This document shows positions 26,337 through 35,306 of a stretch of DNA of 35,306 bases, one piece after another (position 1 is the stretch's first letter; the number at the start of each line of letters is the position of its first letter). The stretch spans positions 1-35,306 of the forward strand of contig JBLNDL010000026.1 of assembly GCA_050261575.1 (NCBI GenBank), in the 5' to 3' direction. A program made the translations under genes and the position numbers. This stretch comes from Sphingomonadaceae bacterium (GTDB lineage: Bacteria > Chloroflexota > UBA6077). The notes under the pieces were generated by a model, which saw only the letters and a list, made by a program, of their open reading frames with translations, searched no databases and had not been told where the DNA came from.

Positions 26337-27602
26337 TCACCTCACCGAGGCGGCGATCCTGACTGCCTCGTCCCGCGGAAGCATCGAGACGAGGGAGAGT
26401 GCGGTGTTGCCGCTCACCCAGTCCAGTGCAACCACTGTGTGGGTCTCCTGGATCCGACCGGTGAATCCCCCCTGAGCGATCTCCTTGCCGCGCGGAAGCG
26501 TCGGCCGAAGCCCGTCGGCTCTCCGTTGGACCAGGACCGTCGAGGCGGAATCAGCGTTGCCGTAGGAGATGGCTACTGCCACTGCGCCGTCTGTTTCTGC
26601 GAACTGCGTGTCCCTCTGCGTGATGCCCGGAGGGAGGGCCGCAGGCTGCAGGATCGAGTATCCGGCGCGGCCCTGGATGTCGGGCAGGGAGGCGGATTGG
26701 TAGCCTGCCAGACGCAGCATCTCCTCCATCGTGGGGCGGATCAGACTGGTATTGGCCGGGGGCCTGAACGAGAAGGCGTCGTCGCTCACCGGTGTAGCCC
26801 GCTCCAGGAGGAGGTACTCGATGGTCAGAAGGATCGCGCCATCGTCCCCTTTTGCCTCGACGTGGAGGGGCATCAGCGTCTGCCTGTCCAGCCATAGACG
26901 GACCTCCCGAAAGGGGCGGCCAGATGGCTGCGGGGCAAGCCTCACCACCCTCGCAGTCCGTCCCGCGATGGTGCCCACCCCTCCCAAAGTCACAGTGGAT
27001 CGAGCGCTCAAGCTGGAGATGAGAGCGTCAAGCTGGATGAGCTGCATGACCGGCGCGTACTTCTGCATGGGCAGGTGGAGGAAGAGCGCAAGCTGGCGTG
27101 GGTCGCCGATCTCGACGACCTGCGCGGAGGACGGATCGTAGATGGTCAGCCCTTTTCCGTTGTAGATCAAGACCGTACCGACCGGCAGCCCCGACGTGCC
27201 CGGCTTGATGACCTCGAGCTTCATGAGGTTCGGTTGCTTGAACCACTGGCGGAGTATAAGGGGGGGGGAACCGTCGGTGCCGGCGGTCAGCGCCACCTGC
27301 GCCTGGAACGACTCGACGTCGGCGTAGGCGTTGCGCAATGCCTGCTCGACGGTCTCGGGGATGGGGGTGCTGGTGGCCGCGGGCGTGGCGGTCCCCCCGG
27401 TCGAGGGCGTGGCGGTCTCGGCCACTGCGCTGGGAGTGGGCTGGTCGGGCATGGGAGTGGTAGCGGCGGGGGTCGGCTCGGGTCCGACCACTTCCCCTCG
27501 TTGGGCCGGCAGCACCTGGCACCCCGACGTGGCCGCCGCGAGGAGGGAGACGGTGACGGCCGTGGCGATGGCCTGGGGAATGCTCCAACCGGTGGTGATC
27601 AT
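26337..27602 (-). CDS. Putative lipoprotein with LolA-like domain and C-terminal DUF4367-like region
   Basis: Signal peptide ending 'AATSGC', Pro/Thr-rich linker, 'WFKQPN.MKLE', 'YNG....YDP', 'LWLD...LMP' and 'D.F.F.PP'. Confidence 0.7.
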   Translation of the reverse strand: MITTGWSIPQAIATAVTVSLLAAATSGCQVLPAQRGEVVGPEPTPAATTPMPDQPTPSAVAETATPSTGGTATPAATSTPIPETVEQALRNAYADVESFQAQVALTAGTDGSPPLILRQWFKQPNLMKLEVIKPGTSGLPVGTVLIYNGKGLTIYDPSSAQVVEIGDPRQLALFLHLPMQKYAPVMQLIQLDALISSLSARSTVTLGGVGTIAGRTARVVRLAPQPSGRPFREVRLWLDRQTLMPLHVEAKGDDGAILLTIEYLLLERATPVSDDAFSFRPPANTSLIRPTMEEMLRLAGYQSASLPDIQGRAGYSILQPAALPPGITQRDTQFAETDGAVAVAISYGNADSASTVLVQRRADGLRPTLPRGKEIAQGGFTGRIQETHTVVALDWVSGNTALSLVSMLPRDEAVRIAASVR

Positions 27603-27862
27603 GGGTTACCCTTTCCTCTTTCGGTGATCGGATCGGCGGCTGTGCACCTGGGGGCACGCGCTTCCGGGCGCAGGGGAAAAGCACTACGCGTGCCTCGAAA
27701 CCGTGAAAACGTGGTGAACGGTGGGATGGTATCGATATTGCAGAATGTTCACCGATACGCCGGCTCCGCCCTCCAGCCCACCGATCGAGTAGGGACTTGT
27801 GGACCCTGGTTGCCGTGCTGTGCCGGCCGAACTCGCGCCTGCATCGGGGAAGGTGGAAGAGC

Positions 27863-29737
27863 TTGAAAGACTCGGGTGACGGTAAGGGGACCTCACGGCG
27901 GTCCGTGGCGCTGTTTGCCGTGGGTGCACTGTTGGTGCTGACTATAGCGACGCTGCCGACCATGCAGATGCAGTCGTCGGGGGATGCTGCCTCGGAGATA
28001 GGGCTGAGCCAGGTGGCGGCCTATGCCAAGGCCGGGCAGATCACCGGCATCGTCGAGGATGGCGGCAATCTGGAGGTTACGCTCACCAACGGCGCCGTCG
28101 TCAAGTCACGGCGGGAGCCCGACCTGGGGTTGACTCAATCCCTGCGAAACTACGGCGTCACCGACGAGCAGCTTGCCAGGATCGACTTCCGTGTCCGCGG
28201 CCAGTCGGACTGGAGGTGGCTCGGCCCACTGTTCTGGATGCTGCCCTTGCTCTTCATAATCCTGATGATGGTGCTGTTCTCTCGACAGGGGAACTCCCAG
28301 ACGGGCGGAGGTAACGTCTTCTCCTTCAGCAAGAGCCGAGCGCGCCGGATAGCCGCAGACCAGCCCAGCATTCACTTCTCCGATGTGGCCGGCGTGGAGG
28401 AGGCGAAGGAGGAGCTCCAGGAGGTGGTGGAGTTCCTGAGGTCGCCTCAGAAGTTCAGCGCCGTGGGCGCCCGCATCCCCAAGGGTGTCCTCCTGGTGGG
28501 TCCTCCGGGGACGGGCAAGACGCTGATGGCCAGGGCCGTGGCCGGGGAGGCTTCCGTACCCTTCTTCCACATCAGTGGGTCGGAGTTCGTAGAGCTCTTT
28601 GTGGGCGTCGGGGCCTCTCGGGTTCGTGATCTCTTCGACGAGGCCAAGAAGAACGCTCCCTGCATCGTCTTCATCGACGAGATCGACGCGGTGGGCCGGC
28701 AGCGAGGTCGCGGGCTGGGCGGAGGCAACGACGAGCGTGAGCAGACCCTGAATCAGATCCTGGTGGAGATGGACGGGTTCGACAAGAACACCGGCATCGT
28801 GGTGATCGCGGCGACGAACCGGCCGGACATCCTGGATACCGCTCTGCTGCGGCCGGGTCGCTTCGACCGCCGAGTGGTGCTGGACAGCCCAGATCTGGCC
28901 GGGCGGCTGGACATCCTGAAGGTGCACGCGCGCGGCAAGCCCCTGGCGCCGGATGTGGAGCTGGATAAGATCGCGCGTCAGACCCCGGGCTTCTCTGGAG
29001 CCGACCTGGAGAACCTGCTCAACGAGGCGGCTATCCTGGCCGCCCGGCGGAACGAGACCATGGTCACCAGACTGGACTTGGAGGAGGCCATCGATCGGGT
29101 GATCGCGGGGCCTGAAAGGAAGGGGCGGCTGATCAGCGAGCAGGAGAAGGAGATCACGGCCTACCACGAGGTGGGCCACACGTTGGTCGCCTACTACATG
29201 CCCCACCTGGACCCCGTGCACAAGGTCACCGTCATCGCTCGAGGCCAGTCGGGCGGCTATACCCGGCTGTTGCCTATGGAGGATCGACACCTCTGGACCC
29301 GGTCCCAGATGTCCGAGATGCTGGCCTTCGCCATGGGAGGGCTTGCCGCCGAGGACCTCGTTTTCGGCGAGACCACCACCGGTCCCAGCAACGATCTCCA
29401 GCAGGCCACCGAGATCGCTCGGAAGATGGTCACCATGTACGGGATGAGCGAAAAGCTCGGCACGGTTAGCCTGGCCTCCAACGGCATCGTGGACTACATG
29501 GGCGCCGACCTGATGGAGCCACGCAACTACAGCGAGCACACCGCGGCGCTGGTCGATGCCGAGATCCGGAGGATGATCGACGAGGGTCGGGCGAAGGCCA
29601 GGGAGGTACTCGTCACACACAGGCAGCAGTTGGTGTCCCTGTCGGAACTGCTGAAGGAGAAGGAGACGCTCACAGGGGATGAGGTGGCTTTGCTCCTGGG
29701 GCCGCGACCCCAGGCGGAGTCCCACAAGGTAGCCTGA
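27863..29737 (+). CDS. ftsH: ATP-dependent zinc metalloprotease FtsH
   Basis: Two TMs, Walker A 'GPPGTGKT', Walker B 'FIDEID', SRH '[10 protein letters not shown]' and HExxH 'HEVGH'. Likely TTG start at 27863; the ORF opens at 27797. Confidence 0.96.
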   Translation: MKDSGDGKGTSRRSVALFAVGALLVLTIATLPTMQMQSSGDAASEIGLSQVAAYAKAGQITGIVEDGGNLEVTLTNGAVVKSRREPDLGLTQSLRNYGVTDEQLARIDFRVRGQSDWRWLGPLFWMLPLLFIILMMVLFSRQGNSQTGGGNVFSFSKSRARRIAADQPSIHFSDVAGVEEAKEELQEVVEFLRSPQKFSAVGARIPKGVLLVGPPGTGKTLMARAVAGEASVPFFHISGSEFVELFVGVGASRVRDLFDEAKKNAPCIVFIDEIDAVGRQRGRGLGGGNDEREQTLNQILVEMDGFDKNTGIVVIAATNRPDILDTALLRPGRFDRRVVLDSPDLAGRLDILKVHARGKPLAPDVELDKIARQTPGFSGADLENLLNEAAILAARRNETMVTRLDLEEAIDRVIAGPERKGRLISEQEKEITAYHEVGHTLVAYYMPHLDPVHKVTVIARGQSGGYTRLLPMEDRHLWTRSQMSEMLAFAMGGLAAEDLVFGETTTGPSNDLQQATEIARKMVTMYGMSEKLGTVSLASNGIVDYMGADLMEPRNYSEHTAALVDAEIRRMIDEGRAKAREVLVTHRQQLVSLSELLKEKETLTGDEVALLLGPRPQAESHKVA

Positions 29738-29827
29738 TCCCCTGCCCTCCTCGCGTCAGGCACTCGAATCGGCACGCTTCCTGCTTCTTCTGCCTTGCAT
29801 CAGTTCGACGATAGGCAGTGTCCACCC

Positions 29828-32800
29828 ATGCAGGATGACCAACTGGATGCTCTCAAGTACGTTCCCCCGAGCCCTCCACGCGGCTTTCTCCCGCGTCCCA
29901 GGCTCGATCAAGCGATCGCCCGCGGACTGCGCGGCAGGTTGGTACTGATCCATGCCCCCTCCGGCTACGGCAAGACCTGCCTCCTGTCGTCCGTCGCCCG
30001 GGAGTGGACGCGCTTCGCGCAGCCCGATTCCGCCACGCGATTGGCCTGGTACCGACTCGATCCTCGCGACGACGATGCTGCGGCCTTCGTGGCCGGCCTG
30101 CTGGAATCGGTGGGGTCGGTGCTGCCGGGATTCGGAGGTCTCACCCGAGCCGCGCTGCATTCGGCCGCCGACGCTCGTGGCGAGATCCCCAGGCTGATTG
30201 AGCTGTTCCTAGACGAGCTTCGCGGGGCGGAGCCGGAGCGGCTGTTCATCGTGCTGGATGGGTTTCATCACATCACGGACAGGACGATAGTCGATGCCCT
30301 GGAACGGGCACTGTTGGACCCGGAGCGGCCCTTACGACTGATCCTCTCGACGGCCGAGGACCCTCGCCTTTTTCTCTCGCCCCTGAGGGCCCGCGACGAA
30401 CTGGTGGAGCTGCGAGCGGAGGATCTGCGGTTCACCGAGGAGGAGATGTGGGAGCTAGTGCGGCACCGGGCGAACCGGCAGGCTCCCCGGACCGCGCTCG
30501 ACAGTGTGGTGCGGGGTACCGGTGGGTGGCCAAGTGCTGCCAACCTGGCTTCCCTGATCGTGGCGCGGGATCTGGCTCCTCTGTCCTTCCCACGGCTGGC
30601 GCCCACCGAACACGGCTACGCTCTCCTGGTGCGCGAGATGCTGGCCGGCCTTCCCCCCGAGACCAGGGGCGACGTGCTCAAGAGCTCATTGCTGGCGCGG
30701 CTCGACCTGGACGGCTTCAGGGAGGGGGTGGGGATTGCCGATCCGGAGTCCACGTTGAGCGTGGTGGAGGAGGCGGGGCTCCCCGTGGTGAGATCTATGG
30801 GCCGCGATCTACCGCTCTACTACGAGCCCCTCTTCCGATCGGCACTGGAGCAGGAGCTCGGCCGGGTGTCGTTGGCTCACGAGTACCGCTCTCTTCAAGG
30901 GCGAGTGGCGTCCTATTACGCCTCCAGGGGTGAACTCCCCGAAGCCCTGGGGCGGTATCTCCGAATGGAGGCTCACGAGGATGCGGCTCGCCTGCTGGAA
31001 TCCGCGATCGATGCTGGGCGTTTGGAGGGGAGACCGGATCTCCTGCTTCGATGGCTGAGGAGACTGCCCGCCTCCGTTCGAAACGCCCACCCGCGGCTCA
31101 TGCTTCAGGAGGCCAGGCTGCATCTCTCACGGGAGAGGCCGGACGAGGCCAGGGTGTTGCTGTTGGCGGCCAGGCCGGCGTTGGATGGCTCGGAGGACCG
31201 CGCGACGCGGGGCCGGCAGGCGTGCGAGTGGGCCACCCTCCGTCTCCAGGAGAGACGGTACCCCGAGGCGGCGAGCCTCGCGCTGGAAGCACTGAAGGAG
31301 CTTCCTGAGGAGTGGTTCGCGGAGCGGGCGGAAGCATGGTGGCTACTCTCCCGGGCGCTGGAGCCGGTGGGAGACCTAGCGGCGGCTTTCTCCGCGGCGG
31401 GACAGGGGCTGCTGGAGGCCGAGCGGAGCGGGCGGCCACCGTTGGTGGAGAGGGCGCTACTGCAGGCGGGCGCCATCGCCCAGTGGAGGGGAGAGTACTA
31501 CGCCTCGCTAGCCCTCAGCGCGCGCGCTGTGCAGAGGGCTGCCTTGTGGGGAAGGGAAACCCTGGCGATCAACATCGCCGGGGGGAGCGCCTCGGCCGCC
31601 TACCTGGAGCGGGGCCTGTTGGGGAGCTCGCTGAAGGTGGCGAGGGGACTGCTGGCCACGAGCCAGCGGCTGCGCGACCTCGGCGGGCAGGTTCGTGCCC
31701 TGCTTGCCCTCTCGATGGCGATGGATCTGTCGGGCGAACGCGACCGCGGAAAGGAGATGCTCCACCGTGCTCGGGAGCTATCCGAGAGACTGGCGGCCGG
31801 ACGGCCGGAGCGGGCGCTCGTCCTTCGGTGGTCGGCGGCCTCCCTGCTGCGGATGGGGAAGAGGAAGGAAGGGTTGGAGCGGGCGCGAGCGGCGCTGCAG
31901 GCGGCGCGGGAATCCGATCACCGGCCGCTGACCGATCAGTGCCAGCTCGTTCTGGCTGCGGGCGAGATGGTGGGTGCCAGGGTACCCGTCGTGATGGCGC
32001 GGGTCCGGAGGTTGATCGGATCCCTGCAGGGGAGCGACAACCGGCGATGGCTCGCGGCCGGGCTTCGGCTCGTGGCCGAAGGCTACGATCGGTTGGGACT
32101 TCGGTGGCAAGCTCAAGCTCACCTGCGATGTTCCCTGGCACTCGCGGCAGAAGGGATGTGGATCGGGATGCCGCTCGGCCTGCCCTCTTCGGAAGGCAGG
32201 CTTCTGGCGCTGGCGGTGCGGAAGGGGATAGCCCACGAGACGGCGGCAACTATGCTTGGTGTGGATCCGACGGAGGCGGAAAGACGGCTGGCGCCCCTCC
32301 TGGGTCACCGCGACCCTCGGGTGAGATCCAGGGCGGAGCAGACGCTGAAGGGAATGCGGCAGGGGTTGGGCAGGGCGCCCGCGCCGCGTCTGACCTGGCC
32401 CGCTATCGATTCGGCCAGTGACGGGGAGAGGGCCGAAGTATCGTTGCACTCCCTCGGGCGGTTCGACGCCAGAGTGGGGGGCGTGCTAGTGGAATGGCCG
32501 TCGATGGATGCCCGGAACCTGTCGGCGTACCTGCTGGTGCGGTTGGGGGTGGCGGTTCCGAGGGAGGAGCTGCTGCGCGACGTGTGGCCCCAGGAGGAGC
32601 CATGGAAGGCCAACCTGCGTCTGCACGAGGCGCTGTTCCGGATCCGCGAGGCGCTGGGAGCGGGCTATCCGCCAGTGGACCCACGCCTCGACGGTGAGGG
32701 CGTGTACAGATGGGACGGAGACGGCTGCGCGATCGATGCGGAGCGCTTCCGCGGGCTCGTGGCTGAGGCGCGGGTGTTGGTGGGGGAAGCGAGCCCAACC

Positions 32801-33247
32801 GACCTGCCGGGCCGCGCGGTGGGGCTCCTAGAGGAAGCGGTGAGCCTCTACCGTGGGGAGTTCCTGGACGGGCTGGAGTTCGCCTGGTGCGAGGCGCCGC
32901 GAGAGGATTTGCGCCGGCAGCTCCTGTGGGCCACGCGGGTCCTGATGGACCACTACATCGCCTTGCAGCGGTGGCGGGACGCGATTCGGCACGGCCGGAA
33001 GTCGCTCGAGAGCGATCCGCTGCAGGAGGACGTAGTTCGAGACCTGATGGTGTGCCATGTCCGGCTGGGGGACCGGACGGCCGTCGACAGGCTGTACCGC
33101 GAGTCGAAGCGGCTGCTGGCGATGGAGTCGGCGAGGTGGCCGTCCGAGGAGACCCGGGAGCTTCGCCTCAGGTTGCTGGGGACGGGTGCGGGGTGGGCTC
33201 GCACGGAGTCCCGCCAGCCATCGGTCGTGGTTGTGGGCAAGAGGTAG
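29828..33247 (+). CDS. Large MalT-like regulator: STAND ATPase, TPR repeats and C-terminal SARP (wHTH + BTAD)
   Basis: 'PRPRL', P-loop 'APSGYGKT', 'WY.LD..D.D...F', 'DLRFT.EE', 'TGGWP', helical repeats, then 'LGRFD', 'REEL...WP', 'LYRGEFL', 'DPLQE...R.LM' and 'PSEET'. ATG 29828. Confidence 0.85.
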   Translation: MQDDQLDALKYVPPSPPRGFLPRPRLDQAIARGLRGRLVLIHAPSGYGKTCLLSSVAREWTRFAQPDSATRLAWYRLDPRDDDAAAFVAGLLESVGSVLPGFGGLTRAALHSAADARGEIPRLIELFLDELRGAEPERLFIVLDGFHHITDRTIVDALERALLDPERPLRLILSTAEDPRLFLSPLRARDELVELRAEDLRFTEEEMWELVRHRANRQAPRTALDSVVRGTGGWPSAANLASLIVARDLAPLSFPRLAPTEHGYALLVREMLAGLPPETRGDVLKSSLLARLDLDGFREGVGIADPESTLSVVEEAGLPVVRSMGRDLPLYYEPLFRSALEQELGRVSLAHEYRSLQGRVASYYASRGELPEALGRYLRMEAHEDAARLLESAIDAGRLEGRPDLLLRWLRRLPASVRNAHPRLMLQEARLHLSRERPDEARVLLLAARPALDGSEDRATRGRQACEWATLRLQERRYPEAASLALEALKELPEEWFAERAEAWWLLSRALEPVGDLAAAFSAAGQGLLEAERSGRPPLVERALLQAGAIAQWRGEYYASLALSARAVQRAALWGRETLAINIAGGSASAAYLERGLLGSSLKVARGLLATSQRLRDLGGQVRALLALSMAMDLSGERDRGKEMLHRARELSERLAAGRPERALVLRWSAASLLRMGKRKEGLERARAALQAARESDHRPLTDQCQLVLAAGEMVGARVPVVMARVRRLIGSLQGSDNRRWLAAGLRLVAEGYDRLGLRWQAQAHLRCSLALAAEGMWIGMPLGLPSSEGRLLALAVRKGIAHETAATMLGVDPTEAERRLAPLLGHRDPRVRSRAEQTLKGMRQGLGRAPAPRLTWPAIDSASDGERAEVSLHSLGRFDARVGGVLVEWPSMDARNLSAYLLVRLGVAVPREELLRDVWPQEEPWKANLRLHEALFRIREALGAGYPPVDPRLDGEGVYRWDGDGCAIDAERFRGLVAEARVLVGEASPTDLPGRAVGLLEEAVSLYRGEFLDGLEFAWCEAPREDLRRQLLWATRVLMDHYIALQRWRDAIRHGRKSLESDPLQEDVVRDLMVCHVRLGDRTAVDRLYRESKRLLAMESARWPSEETRELRLRLLGTGAGWARTESRQPSVVVVGKR

Positions 33248-33259
33248 AACGGCCGGTGC

Positions 33260-33281
33260 GGGCGGACGCATTCGTCCGCCC
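33260..33281. terminator. Hairpin between the convergent regulator and citrate synthase genes
   Basis: GGGCGGACG-catt-CGTCCGCCC. Confidence 0.5.
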
Positions 33282-33291
33282 ATACGACCGA

Positions 33292-34452
33292 CTACAGTAC
33301 GGAAACCTCGTTCTGGACCGCCGCCTGCTCTACCCTGTCGTCGATCGGCACGTAGGCCACGTTGTGGAGCCCCACGTACTCGGCGCGAGGGCGTATCAGC
33401 CGGTTGTTGGAGTACTGCTCCAGGATGTGAGCGGTCCAGCCTGCCATGCGGCTGATGGCGAACACCGGCGTGAACAGGTCGATAGGGATGCCGAGTCCGT
33501 AGTAGACCGAGGCGGAGTAGAAGTCGACGTTGGCGTTGATCCCCTTCTGCCGGATCATGTACTCCTCGATCTTGCGTGACATCTCGTACCAGCGGCTCTC
33601 CCCGGTCTCCCTGGCCATCTCCTCGGACATCCTTCGCAGATGGAAGGCCCGTGGGTCCTGCGTGCGGTACACCCGGTGGCCGAAACCCGGGACCTTCTTG
33701 CCCTGCTCCAGCAGCCCGGCGACGTAGTCCTCGGCCCTGCTGGGATCACCGATCCTGCGGAGCATCTGCATCACCTGCTCGTTGGCGCCGCCATGGAGCG
33801 GGCCCGCCAGGGTGCCGATGGCGGCGGTCACGGAGGAGTAGAGATCCGAGAGGGTGGCCGCCGCGACCCTGCCCGCGAAGGTGGAGGCGTTCAACTCGTG
33901 ATCCGCGTGCAGGATCAAGCAAGTATCCAGGATCTTGGCGGCCCTCTCGCTGGGGAGTTCCCCGGTCAGCATGTACAGGAAGTTGGCCGCCAAGCCGAGG
34001 TCCCGGCGCGGGGGGATCGGGTCCAGCTTCTGGCGGGACCTGTGGTGGGCGGCGACGATCACCGGCACCCGAGAGGTGAGCAAGATGGCGCGGCTGAGAT
34101 CCACGTCGTGGTGGTGTTCCGTTCCTCCGGGATCGTACATCGACATGGCTGAGACGGCGGTGCGCAGCACCATCATCGGCTCCGCCGTCTCTGGGAAGTC
34201 GACGATCATGCGCACGATCCCGTGTGGGAGATCCCTGCAGCAGGACAGCTTGTCATCCAGTTCGCGGCGTTGGTTGCGCGTGGGGAGGTGGCCGTACCAC
34301 AGCAGGTAGGACGTCTCCTCGAAGCTGGATTGGGCCACCAGATCGTTGATGTCGATGCCTCGGTAGCTGAGTTTCCCCGCGATGCCGTCCACCTCACAGA
34401 TGGCGGAGGTGCCGGCGATGACGCCTTCAAGACCGCCTTTGCTCGTTGACAT
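33292..34452 (-). CDS. Citrate synthase / 2-methylcitrate synthase (CitZ/PrpC type)
   Basis: 'GLEGV', 'L.YRG', 'LHADHELNASTF', 'GPLHGGANE', 'GFGHRVY..DPR', 'NVDFYS' and 'LIRP'. ATG 34452. Confidence 0.95.
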   Translation of the reverse strand: MSTSKGGLEGVIAGTSAICEVDGIAGKLSYRGIDINDLVAQSSFEETSYLLWYGHLPTRNQRRELDDKLSCCRDLPHGIVRMIVDFPETAEPMMVLRTAVSAMSMYDPGGTEHHHDVDLSRAILLTSRVPVIVAAHHRSRQKLDPIPPRRDLGLAANFLYMLTGELPSERAAKILDTCLILHADHELNASTFAGRVAAATLSDLYSSVTAAIGTLAGPLHGGANEQVMQMLRRIGDPSRAEDYVAGLLEQGKKVPGFGHRVYRTQDPRAFHLRRMSEEMARETGESRWYEMSRKIEEYMIRQKGINANVDFYSASVYYGLGIPIDLFTPVFAISRMAGWTAHILEQYSNNRLIRPRAEYVGLHNVAYVPIDDRVEQAAVQNEVSVL

Positions 34453-34702
34453 TCCTTCACCCCTTGCACGTACTACAAGCAGCGCGAGTGCAGCGGCGCA
34501 CGTCTTTCGGCATCGTCGCAGGAGCCGACTGTGGCCACACAATTCTATAATAAGTTGGTTCCAAATGTTAAGAAAGAGAACCGGTAACCCTTCTTCTGCA
34601 ATATGCGCACCACGAACGCCCTCCCGGCCGGCTTCGTGCGGCTGGCATGGAACTGGCTTCTGTGCTCACGTGTGATTCCACGGGTCGACCAGGGAGGATG
34701 GC

Positions 34703-34894
34703 ATGGACGTCGACTCCGCGGCCTTCGTGCTCGATCGGGTGGATGTGGCCCGAGAGGCCATCATGGAGGCTCAACAGATCGTCGCGAAGTTCTCTCAGCA
34801 GGAGGACGTCGAGGTGGCGCAACTGCTCCAGGAGCTGCTCGATCGCGCCGAGCATCTGGACGCGATGATCCGCAGCGGCAGCTATCCATCGTAG
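34703..34894 (+). CDS. Small acidic helical hypothetical protein (63 aa)
   Basis: Strong RBS (GGGAGG) before the ATG, GC3-rich codons, and a hairpin after the stop. Confidence 0.65.
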   Translation: MDVDSAAFVLDRVDVAREAIMEAQQIVAKFSQQEDVEVAQLLQELLDRAEHLDAMIRSGSYPS

Positions 34895-34902
34895 TGACGA
34901 AC

Positions 34903-34944
34903 AAGGTGGAGGCTCACGGTTCGGGAACCGCGAGCCTCCACCTT
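34903..34944. terminator. Long hairpin between convergent genes
   Basis: AAGGTGGAGGCTC-a-CGGTTC-gg-GAACCG-c-GAGCCTCCACCTT. Confidence 0.65.
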
Positions 34945-34987
34945 CGACCACAGAACGCACCTCGTTCCCAGGGCGACGCCCGGCGTG

Positions 34988-35306
34988 TTAGGCCGCCCGG
35001 GTTTCCCGGCCGCTCGCGGTGGGGTAGCCCGCCGCCTTCCAGGCGTTGAACCCACCACCGATGACGCTAATCCTGTCGTACCCCCCCTGGAACATCGTCA
35101 GCGCCGCACGGGCACTGGAGGCCTCGTGGGGTCAAGTTCAATACAGGATGATCTCCCTATCTCGAGGAAGGCGGAAGAAGCTCTTAGGCGGCTCCGATTT
35201 CGGGATGTTGATGGCCCCGGGGATGTGGGATGCCTCGTACTCCTGTGGGCTCCGGACGTCGACGAATAGGGCGGAGCCCTCGTCGTACTTCCTCTTTGCC
35301 TGATTC
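34988..35306 (-). CDS. Rhodanese-like domain selenoprotein with two in-frame UGA (UxU); 5' end lies outside the window
   Basis: Frame from 35305 reads NQAKRKYDEGSALFVDVRSPQEYEASHIPGAINIPKSEPPKSFFRLPRDREIILY-U-T-U-PHEASSARAALTMFQGGYDRISVIGGGFNAWKAAGYPTASGRETRAA*. TGA codons are at 35140-35138 and 35134-35132; the stop TAA is at 34990-34988. Confidence 0.88.
35099..35117 (-). promoter_or_regulatory. Candidate bacterial SECIS element
   Basis: mRNA CAGUGCC-CGUGC-GGCGCUG: 7-bp stem with one U-G pair and G at loop position 2. The stem starts 14 nt after the second UGA. Confidence 0.6.

Noticed and set aside
28106..29725. Long antisense ORFs (539 aa opposite ftsH; also 14806..16176, 5755..7089, 9308..10516 and 7601..8713)
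   Set aside because: Typical high-GC shadow frames opposite well-conserved genes.
34643..34658. sigma54-like promoter TGGCATGGAACTGGC upstream of the small ORF
   Set aside because: The -12 element is TGGC rather than TTGC and no activator is nearby; too weak to call.
35132..35140. UGA reassigned genome-wide (Trp/Gly code) as the explanation for the rhodanese TGAs
   Set aside because: PIG-L, Nif3, ftsI, murF, murD, ftsW and ftsH all end at TGA at expected lengths, so TGA is a normal stop here.
34985..35303. Plus-strand ORFs 34985..35269 and 35046..35303
   Set aside because: Shadows of the minus-strand rhodanese gene; they have no recognisable motifs.

Overview
High-GC bacterial window, most likely Chloroflexota (inferred from the FtsL-like, MurF and MshA-like sequence features; not verified by search). 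From left to right it holds: a partial 4Fe-4S ferredoxin-like gene (-); an operon of a CelD/BcsL-type GNAT, an MshA-like GT4 glycosyltransferase, a PIG-L deacetylase, Nif3 and a C4 zinc-ribbon protein; a serine hydrolase; a dcw cluster with a sigma70 promoter and MraZ boxes (mraZ rsmH ftsL ftsI murF mraY murD ftsW murC ftsQ sbp ftsA ftsZ pgeF yggS yggT) that lacks murE, murG, murB, ddl and sepF; DUF167 and hemL (-); a BlaI-family regulator, a CBS protein and DUF2795; a LolA-like lipoprotein (-); ftsH; a large MalT-like STAND/TPR/BTAD regulator; citrate synthase (-); and a small ORF. The best finding is absent from the ORF track. At the right edge a minus-strand rhodanese gene has two in-frame TGA codons at its active-site Cys positions (Y-U-T-U-P), followed by a SECIS-like hairpin, so it is a probable double-selenocysteine (UxU) rhodanese. 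Other leads are a mycothiol-like three-gene module, GTAG/GTGG REP/REPIN elements, and a Moco-RNA-like leader with a Rex-like site upstream of the ferredoxin.
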